Notes under the pieces: generated by a model
Told to the model about the DNA's origin: nothing
The model's input: the letters and a program-made list of their open reading frames with translations, nothing else
The model's database searches: none
Source of the DNA: Erysipelothrix inopinata
GTDB lineage: Bacteria; Bacillota_I; Bacilli_A; Erysipelotrichales; Erysipelotrichaceae
Reading direction: 5' to 3'
DNA: 32,000 nt
Assembly: GCF_014396165.1 (NCBI RefSeq)
Contig: NZ_CP060715.1
Span: forward strand, 510,001-542,000
Made by a program: the position numbers and the translations under genes
Part shown: positions 17,977-24,981 of the stretch, in pieces
Position numbering within the stretch: the stretch's first letter is position 1
Layout: the number at the start of each line of letters is the position of its first letter

Positions 17977-18915
17977 CTATAGTAATCGTGTTGATTTATA
18001 ACGTGCTTTTTTGCTTGCTTTAGAATCTAAATTCCAAAGCGCTTTAAAGATATTACTTGAAGACCAATAGGTAAGTGCTAAAGCTACCATCATATTCATA
18101 ATAAATACTGTAAGTGATTTTTGATCGGTAAGTGTTCCTATCATAACTATTTTTAAAAATTCAATATTTTTGAAAAGACTTAGATCTCCCATAGCTTTCG
18201 CAGCTGAAAGCGCAATATTTAGTATTTGAGCTAAGAAGATTGCAAATACAGTCATTCCAATAAGAACTTTTCCACTTCGACGGTTTAGCTCGCCTCCCGT
18301 CATCTCAAATCCACGAATCGCAAACTTAATCATGAAGTATCCTGCGATACCCGCAATGAATCCAATATATCCAAGAGCTATCCAGATCATCATTCCTAAG
18401 ATAAGTCCACAAGCTGCTCCAATATAACCAAGAAACGATCCTCCGTTGATTTTGTCAGTCGGTTTTCGATTGATTGTCGCAATCTTTGATTGCGATTCGA
18501 AGGTTTCCTCATCAAGGATTGAAAGACGTCTACCAACACGGAATATTCCGATATTGTTTTCACTTCCATGAACTGAACAAATATTACGACAGTCATGATA
18601 TCTTAAAATGAGTGCAATTTCCTTAATAATCTCAGTCGGTTCATCAGTACTTGTAAGCATTGTTTGATTCACTTCTATCAAAAGCTTCAGTCCATCTTTA
18701 TAGACCCCACCAAAAGCAATCGCAGGATGGTCCGTTCGAAGTTCTGCAATTTCATTAATTGTTGCATCAGCATTAGAAACTGAAAATGCTATGACCATTA
18801 AATTCTTGAGTGATGATGCTTCCATTGTAAAATAATAGTTGTTTTCTAATCCGTATACAGCATCAATATCATTTTGTGACTTATACGGGCCTTTATATTT
18901 ACTGATTTTTTCCAT
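17977..18915 (-). CDS. hypothetical membrane protein (about 150-aa soluble N-terminal domain plus about 4 C-terminal TM helices)
   Basis: 312-aa ORF. It lies 9 nt after the ALDH stop and 15 nt before queT. Hydrophobic segments start at FLGYIGAACGLILGMMIWIALGYIGFIAGIAGYFMI. No family recognised. Confidence 0.7.
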   Translation of the reverse strand: MEKISKYKGPYKSQNDIDAVYGLENNYYFTMEASSLKNLMVIAFSVSNADATINEIAELRTDHPAIAFGGVYKDGLKLLIEVNQTMLTSTDEPTEIIKEIALILRYHDCRNICSVHGSENNIGIFRVGRRLSILDEETFESQSKIATINRKPTDKINGGSFLGYIGAACGLILGMMIWIALGYIGFIAGIAGYFMIKFAIRGFEMTGGELNRRSGKVLIGMTVFAIFLAQILNIALSAAKAMGDLSLFKNIEFLKIVMIGTLTDQKSLTVFIMNMMVALALTYWSSSNIFKALWNLDSKASKKARYKSTRLL

Positions 18916-18924
18916 GTATGCCTC

Positions 18925-20286
18925 CTACTTGAGTAACTTTCTTATTATTTTATTTTTCTTTTTTGTATATGGTGGATAAAAATGTTTTAACGGTGACCAG
19001 TTTTTCATCGTCATCACCGATTTTCTATGACTAAATGTCGTGAAACTATCATATCCGTGATAACTACCGATTCCTGAATTTCGAATCCCACCAAAGGGAA
19101 CATTATTATTGGCAAGATGGAAAATTGTGCCATTCACCATACCACCACCAAAAGAAATCGAATTTAATATTTTATCCTTTTCTTCCTTATTATATGTATA
19201 GAGATAAAGAGCAAGCGGATTTGGGTTTTTTGAGACAATTTTCTCAATCTCATCAAAGCTATCATAAAGTATCATGGGTAAAATAGGACCAAATATTTCA
19301 TCTTCCATTATCTCACAATCGATGTTATCAATTTTGATTAAAGTGGGCTCAATTTTAGTCTCATTGTACATTCCACCCCAAATGATGTTCGAGTCATTAT
19401 CAGACAAGTATCTAACGAGTCTTTGATGATGGCTTGCATTAATTATCTTACCATAATCTTTGGCTTGTAGTGGTGATTCGCCATAAAATTTCAAAAGGGT
19501 TTCACGAAATAGTCGTTCAAATTCAGAAACTTTACTCTTGTGGATTATTAAATAATCAGGAGCAACACAAGTTTGGCCAGCATTCACGAATTTTCCCCAT
19601 ACCAGACTCTCTACAGTCTGCCCTAAATTTGCATACTCCGTAATGATTGCAGGACTTTTTCCCCCTAACTCTAAGATAACTGGCGTGAGATTTTCTGAAG
19701 CGGCTTTCATCACAATTTTCCCTACCCGAGAACTCCCTGTAAAGAAGATTAAGTCAAAGGATTCTTCAAGTAACTGAGTCACTACTTCTACTTCTCCTTG
19801 CATCGCGCAAACATACGATTCATCAAAAGTCTTTGAAATTATTTTTTGAATAACGGTTGAAACATGAGGCGTTAATTCAGAGAGTTTCACGATCGCAGTA
19901 TTTCCAGCCATCATTGCACCTACTAAGGGTATAAAAGCGAGTTGCACCGGATAATTAAAGGGAACAATTATAAGAACAGTTCCAACTGGTTCGTAATATA
20001 TCTTGCTTGAAGTTCCAAACAGAAACAAAGGTGTCTTTGCACGTGTTTTTTTCGACCATTTTCGGATATTTCGAATAGCAGTATCAATTTCGTGATATAC
20101 CATGCCTAATTCGGTAAGATATACCTCTGATTCACTTTTATTAAGATCTACCATGAATGCATCATACATTTCATTCTCATACTTTTTTAGTGCCTCTTTA
20201 AGAGATTTAAGTTGACGAACGCGAAATGAAATATCACGTGTTTCACCAGTATGATAATAGGCTCTTTGTTTTTCAGTAATTTTCAT
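18925..20286 (-). CDS. aldehyde dehydrogenase (class 3-like, NAD(P)+)
   Basis: 453 aa. Catalytic Glu motif ELGGKSP and catalytic Cys motif NAGQTCVAPDY. SD AGGTGA lies upstream of ATG 20286. Confidence 0.9.
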   Translation of the reverse strand: MKITEKQRAYYHTGETRDISFRVRQLKSLKEALKKYENEMYDAFMVDLNKSESEVYLTELGMVYHEIDTAIRNIRKWSKKTRAKTPLFLFGTSSKIYYEPVGTVLIIVPFNYPVQLAFIPLVGAMMAGNTAIVKLSELTPHVSTVIQKIISKTFDESYVCAMQGEVEVVTQLLEESFDLIFFTGSSRVGKIVMKAASENLTPVILELGGKSPAIITEYANLGQTVESLVWGKFVNAGQTCVAPDYLIIHKSKVSEFERLFRETLLKFYGESPLQAKDYGKIINASHHQRLVRYLSDNDSNIIWGGMYNETKIEPTLIKIDNIDCEIMEDEIFGPILPMILYDSFDEIEKIVSKNPNPLALYLYTYNKEEKDKILNSISFGGGMVNGTIFHLANNNVPFGGIRNSGIGSYHGYDSFTTFSHRKSVMTMKNWSPLKHFYPPYTKKKNKIIRKLLK

Positions 20287-20483
20287 AAATTCACCTGCTT
20301 GTTCTAACTATATCATAGATTTTTCATTTAATATATTTTGTTAATGGGTGTTTTTGAATTCTTAATTGAGTGTTTTGAAATATTTTTTTTAGTCAATATT
20401 TTTCCCTATATATAATATAGAAAGAGAAATCCTAAAGTTATACCCCAAATTAAGGCTCTTAAATTAATATTTTAGTAATTAAG

Positions 20484-20515
20484 TTGACAATTTTAAAAAT
20501 GTAAGCAATAATAAT
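20484..20515 (+). promoter_or_regulatory. promoter of the T-box-controlled met operon
   Basis: TTGACA at 20484-20489. An A/T-rich -10 candidate lies within AATAATAAT (20507-20515), 17-19 nt downstream. Confidence 0.5.
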
Positions 20516-20517
20516 GA

Positions 20518-20766
20518 AAAGCGATGAAAAGGAAAGTAATTTCTCGAAAGTTTTTCAGAGAGTCTGGGTTGGTGAGAGCAGGCAAACGGAAGAGTTATGA
20601 AAATGGCCTTGGAGCTATGAAGCTGAGACGTAAGTTTAGGTTTCGTCGGGTTCGCCCGTTAACGCGACAGAGTATGATAGTACTCGATAAGATTTATATC
20701 GTGAGATATGAATAAATTAAGGTGGTAACATGAGCACGCTCATCCTTAGGGATGGGCGTTTTTTTA
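20518..20766 (+). promoter_or_regulatory. T-box riboswitch leader, methionine (AUG) specifier, with intrinsic terminator
   Basis: Stem I elements: GCGAUGA...GGAAAGUA, the AG bay CAGAGAG, and the distal loop GGUGAGAGC. AUG triplets at 20597-20599 and 20603-20605 sit in the 3' side of the specifier loop. The T-box sequence is AAUUAAGGUGGUAACAUGAG (20715-20734). The terminator is CGCUCAUCC-UUAG-GGAUGGGCG (20737-20758) plus U7. The downstream genes are metNIQ. Confidence 0.85.
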
Positions 20767-20782
20767 TTAGGAGGAGACAGTT

Positions 20783-21964
20783 ATGACTTATAACATTGAT
20801 CAATACGTAGATAAACAACATGAAACATATAAAAATATCGCATTACAAATCCATGCTAAACCAGAGGTAAGTAACTATGAGTTCTTCGCATGTGAAACAT
20901 TATCCAATCAGCTCATCAAAGAAGGTTTCGAAGTAACCGTTGATGTAGCGGGCCATCGTACAGGTTTTAATGCTCGATATAAAAGTAACAAACCCGGTCC
21001 TGTCGTTGCTTTCTTAGCAGAATACGATGCCCTTGAAGGAATTGGCCATGCATGTGGTCATAATATCTTCGGTGCAACATCATCACTCTCTGCCGCGGCA
21101 CTTAAACAAGTCATCGATGAAGTCGGTGGCGAGATAAGAGTTTATGGAACTCCTGGTGAAGAAGGTGGCGAGAACGGATCAGCAAAAGGTAGTTTTGTAA
21201 GAGAAGGATTTCTCGATGATGTAGACTTTGCACTTTGTGTTCATCCCGGACATTTACATGGTCTCACAACTTCATCCCTTGCCAATGATCCCGTTGATGT
21301 TGAGTTCTTTGGAAGAGCTAGTCATGCTGCAGCATCTCCTGAAAAAGGAATCAATGCCCTGGATGCCATTATCCAAGTTTACAACTCAGTGAATGCTTTA
21401 CGACAACACTTACCCAGTGATGTAAGAATCCATGGGGTAATCACCCATGGTGGAGAAGCTGCCAATGTTATTCCTGAATATGCAAAAGCTCGCTTCTATC
21501 TTCGTGCTCAATCTCGCGTCACACTCAATGAAGTGTACGAAAAATTTGAAAACATCGTCAAAGGAGCCGCTCTTGCAACGGGATGTACCTATAAATTTGG
21601 ACTCTTCCAAAACGCAGTCGACAACACGGTAGTCACACCAAAGTTTGACCGTGTCTATGAAGAAGTTCTAAACCGTTATGGAGAAGTAATCACTCCTGGA
21701 GATGGTCTTGCGAAAGGATCTACAGATGTAGGAAACATCTCACATCGCGTTCCAACCATTCAACCACATATCAACATCTCGAATGAACCCATGGCAGGAC
21801 ACAGTATTGAATTCAAAGCTGCAGCCTGCAGCGAACTTGGTTTAGATTCAATTGCATTGGGAGCAAAAGTACTCGCTCACACAGCATATGAACTTATAAC
21901 CAATCCCGAACTACTTAAATCAATCAAGGAAGAGCACCAACAACAACTCGCTCTCAATGAATAG
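20783..21964 (+). CDS. M20-family metallo-amidohydrolase
   Basis: 393 aa. Motif AEYDALEGIGHACGHNIFG and the metal-binding region GTPGEEGGENG. SD AGGAGGA lies upstream. It is the first gene of the T-box-controlled operon. Confidence 0.85.
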   Translation: MTYNIDQYVDKQHETYKNIALQIHAKPEVSNYEFFACETLSNQLIKEGFEVTVDVAGHRTGFNARYKSNKPGPVVAFLAEYDALEGIGHACGHNIFGATSSLSAAALKQVIDEVGGEIRVYGTPGEEGGENGSAKGSFVREGFLDDVDFALCVHPGHLHGLTTSSLANDPVDVEFFGRASHAAASPEKGINALDAIIQVYNSVNALRQHLPSDVRIHGVITHGGEAANVIPEYAKARFYLRAQSRVTLNEVYEKFENIVKGAALATGCTYKFGLFQNAVDNTVVTPKFDRVYEEVLNRYGEVITPGDGLAKGSTDVGNISHRVPTIQPHINISNEPMAGHSIEFKAAACSELGLDSIALGAKVLAHTAYELITNPELLKSIKEEHQQQLALNE

Positions 21965-21973
21965 GAGATTATC

Positions 21974-23002
21974 ATGATAGAATTTCAAAACATATCGAAA
22001 ACATTCGAATCTAAAAGTAATACCGTCCATGCCGTAAGAGATGTCTCTTTCTCAATTAAGGACTCTGAGATATTTGGAGTCATTGGATTCAGTGGTGCTG
22101 GTAAAAGTACTCTCGTGCGATGCATCAACATGCTCGAAAGACCAACATCTGGTAATGTTGTCATCAACGGTGTTGTCATGAACGAACTCTCTGAAAAAGA
22201 CCTTCGTATCCAACGACGTAAAATTGGAATGATTTTCCAACAATTTAACCTCCTTGGATCACGAACTGTTTACGAGAATGTCGCATTCCCTTTAAGAAAT
22301 CAAAAACTTCCTAAAGACCAAATTCACGAGAAAGTTATTTCATTGCTTGAATTGGTAGGGATCCTCGATAAAAAGAATGTTTATCCGTCTCAGTTATCTG
22401 GTGGTCAAAAACAACGTGTCGCTATTGCACGAGCACTCGCTAACGATCCTGATATCCTTCTCTGTGATGAAGCAACCAGTGCACTTGATCCTCAAACCAC
22501 TTCAAACATTCTTAAACTTCTTAAACAAGTTAACGAACAACTAGGAATTACGATTGTTATTATCACCCATGAGATGTCTGTTATTAAAGAAATTTGTGAC
22601 CGTGTTGCGGTCATGGAAGACGGTTATGTTAAAGAACTGGATTCGGTCATTAATATCTTCTCAAATCCAAAAGCAACTATTACTAAAGACTTTGTTGCAA
22701 GCACAACAAACTATGATCAGTTGGATGATCTCATCCAAAATAGACCCGAGGTATTAAATCTTAATATTGATCAATCTCTTATTAAGATAGACTTTGTGGG
22801 TTCCAATACAAAGGAATCTGTGATTGCACATCTTACAAAAACTTATGATGTTGATGCAAGTATTATCTTTGCAAACATCGAAATTATTCAGGACGAGATT
22901 ATTGGTTCCATGGTTATTATTTTATCAGGAACTCAAAAACAAGACGCTATTAATTATCTGGAATCTCTCAATCTGAATGTGGAGGTACTAAAACATGCTT
23001 AA
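21974..23002 (+). CDS. metN: methionine ABC transporter ATP-binding protein
   Basis: 342 aa. Walker A GFSGAGKST, signature LSGGQKQRVAIARAL, Walker B ILLCDEATSALD, and a C-terminal NIL-type regulatory domain. Confidence 0.93.
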   Translation: MIEFQNISKTFESKSNTVHAVRDVSFSIKDSEIFGVIGFSGAGKSTLVRCINMLERPTSGNVVINGVVMNELSEKDLRIQRRKIGMIFQQFNLLGSRTVYENVAFPLRNQKLPKDQIHEKVISLLELVGILDKKNVYPSQLSGGQKQRVAIARALANDPDILLCDEATSALDPQTTSNILKLLKQVNEQLGITIVIITHEMSVIKEICDRVAVMEDGYVKELDSVINIFSNPKATITKDFVASTTNYDQLDDLIQNRPEVLNLNIDQSLIKIDFVGSNTKESVIAHLTKTYDVDASIIFANIEIIQDEIIGSMVIILSGTQKQDAINYLESLNLNVEVLKHA

Positions 23003-23675
23003 TTTTTTAATCGATATTGCACCAAACTTAGTTAAGTACCAAGATGAGTTCTTTCTAAGTATTAACGAAACAGTCCAAATGATGGTCATTGCAGGATTCT
23101 TCTCATTTGTAGTTGGGTTACTTCTTGGTGTCATTCTCGTAGTGACACGTAAAGGTGGCATCATGGAACAACCTCTGATTTATCAAATTCTTGATAAATC
23201 AACAAACTTATTTCGTTCCATTCCATTTGTTATCCTACTGACTGCATTAATTCCCTTAACACGTATTATTGCTGGAACTCCCATTGGTGTACGTGGTGCC
23301 ATCTTCCCTCTTGTTGTAGGATGTACTCCATTTTTCATGAGACAAGTAGATATGGCTTTATCTGATCTTGATCCCGGCCTGATTGAAGCAGCTCAATCTA
23401 TGGGTTTATCCCCATTTCAAATCTTAGTTAAAGTTTATCTAAGAGAGAGTATTCCTGCTCTTACCCGTTCCACAAGTATTACCCTTATTAGCTTACTAGG
23501 ATTAACGGCTATGGGTGGTGCTGTTGGTGCTGGTGGTATTGGTGCCTTTGTTATTCGTTACGGTCACGGACGATTCATGGCAGACATCACTTATGCATCT
23601 ATTATTGTTATTCTCTTGATGGTTTCCATCATTCAAGCTATTGCAAACATCATTATTAAGAAAACAACACACTAA
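22995..23675 (+). CDS. metI: methionine ABC transporter permease
   Basis: 226-aa polytopic protein. EAA-like loop LIEAAQSMGLSPFQILVKVYL. Overlaps the metN stop. Confidence 0.9.
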   Translation: MLNFLIDIAPNLVKYQDEFFLSINETVQMMVIAGFFSFVVGLLLGVILVVTRKGGIMEQPLIYQILDKSTNLFRSIPFVILLTALIPLTRIIAGTPIGVRGAIFPLVVGCTPFFMRQVDMALSDLDPGLIEAAQSMGLSPFQILVKVYLRESIPALTRSTSITLISLLGLTAMGGAVGAGGIGAFVIRYGHGRFMADITYASIIVILLMVSIIQAIANIIIKKTTH

Positions 23676-23686
23676 AGGAGAAACAC

Positions 23687-24490
23687 ATGAAAAAATTATT
23701 ATTAACATTACTTATTACCCTTCTCGTCCTCACAGGATGTTCAAACAAACCTGCATCTTCAGAACCAACCAAAGATGTCGTAATAGGCATGATTGGATCT
23801 GACTCCGTAGTCTGGGGCCATGTTGCGAAAGAAGCTGCTAAAGAAGGTATTAACATTACTTTTAAATCATTTACTGATTATACTCAACCGAACCGTGCAC
23901 TCAACGATAAAGATATCGATCTAAATGTTTTCCAACACCATGTCTATCTCGAAAAAGAAATTGAATCACACGGCTACAAAATTACACCTATTGCAAACAC
24001 AGCAATTGCACCAATGGGAATCTATTCAAAGAAAATTACTTCACTCGATGAAATACAAAAAGGTGCTCAAGTAAGTATTCCAGATGATATTACAAACGGT
24101 GGTCGTGCTCTTCAACTTCTCCAAGCAGAAGGAATCATCAAACTTAATGATGAAAAGTTCCCAACAATTAAAGATATCGTGGACAACCCACTCGAACTAA
24201 AATTCTTAGAACTTTCCGCAGCTAACATTCCTGGCACACTTGGTGATGTCGACTTCGCAATCATTAACTCAGGAATTGCAGTGGATGCAGGACTTATTCC
24301 TACTGAAACTGCAATCGTTCTCGAAAATGTAACAACAGATCCAAACAATCCTTATGTTAACCTAATCGCAGCACGTACAGAAGAAAAAGATAATCCAGTA
24401 TTCAAACGTATTATTGAACTTTATCAAACAGATGAAGTTCGTCAACTTATTGTTGAAGATAGTAAGGGATCAAGTTTCCCAGTTTGGTAA
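23687..24490 (+). CDS. metQ: MetQ/NlpA-family methionine-binding lipoprotein
   Basis: 267 aa. Signal peptide with lipobox LTGC. NlpA-family motifs include DYTQPNRALNDKDIDLNVFQH. Confidence 0.9.
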   Translation: MKKLLLTLLITLLVLTGCSNKPASSEPTKDVVIGMIGSDSVVWGHVAKEAAKEGINITFKSFTDYTQPNRALNDKDIDLNVFQHHVYLEKEIESHGYKITPIANTAIAPMGIYSKKITSLDEIQKGAQVSIPDDITNGGRALQLLQAEGIIKLNDEKFPTIKDIVDNPLELKFLELSAANIPGTLGDVDFAIINSGIAVDAGLIPTETAIVLENVTTDPNNPYVNLIAARTEEKDNPVFKRIIELYQTDEVRQLIVEDSKGSSFPVW

Positions 24491-24492
24491 TC

Positions 24493-24538
24493 AAAAAGTG
24501 ATGATATCCGCTATATTGCGAGTATCATCACTTTTTTA
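24493..24538. terminator. bidirectional terminator between convergent metQ and the GNAT gene
   Basis: 10-bp stem AGTGATGATA (24497-24506) / TATCATCACT (24523-24532). An A5 run lies on the left and a T6 run on the right. Confidence 0.7.
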
Positions 24539-24979
24539 CTTATACACATGACTATATTTTTCTAGATAACTTCTTTTAAAACCATTCGCCTCATAAAATT
24601 TAGAAGCCATATTATCATAACCTTCATACGGTGTCTTAAGTCTCACTTCATCAAAATGATCTTTTGCAAAATCTAACAGTAACTCCACTATTTTCTTCCC
24701 TACATTGTGACGTCGATAATCGGGATGAACATAAAGATGACGAAGCCTGCCAATCCTACTATCATGCTCATACGGATCAACTTGTATTCCTCCTACAGCA
24801 ATAACTTTGCCATCACTATTTTTAACACATAGTAATAATTCATTGTCCTCTTCGAAAGCATTGGTTCTATTATTGATTCCCACCTGAAGTTTTTTTTAAA
24901 AATTATACTCTTCATCCAAGGAAGCATTCACTAACATTTCCAAATTGTCAGATGGAGTAAAAGGTTTGATATCTAGCAT
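24536..24979 (-). pseudogene. GNAT family N-acetyltransferase interrupted by an in-frame TAA
   Basis: ATG 24979 opens MLDIKPFTPSDNLEMLVNASLDEEYNF, then TAA (24898..24896). The same frame continues KKLQVGINNRTNAFEEDNELLL...RLRHLYVHPDYRRHNVGKKIVE...FYEANGF. The ORF track shows only the GTG-initiated distal part, 24536..24883. Confidence 0.7.
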
Positions 24980-24981
24980 GA

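Noticed and set aside
17962-18100. preQ1 riboswitch expected upstream of queT
   Set aside because: Only 15 nt separate queT from the upstream gene. Neither that region nor the ALDH upstream region (20287-20480) shows the preQ1 hairpin plus A-rich tail by eye. A covariance-model scan is still needed.
20524-20715. 63-aa ORF (MKRKVISRKFFRESGLVRAGKR...) upstream of the M20 amidohydrolase gene
   Set aside because: It lies entirely within the T-box leader RNA, spanning stem I through the T-box sequence. It has no SD, and its Arg/Lys-rich composition is what translation of a structured G-rich RNA would give.
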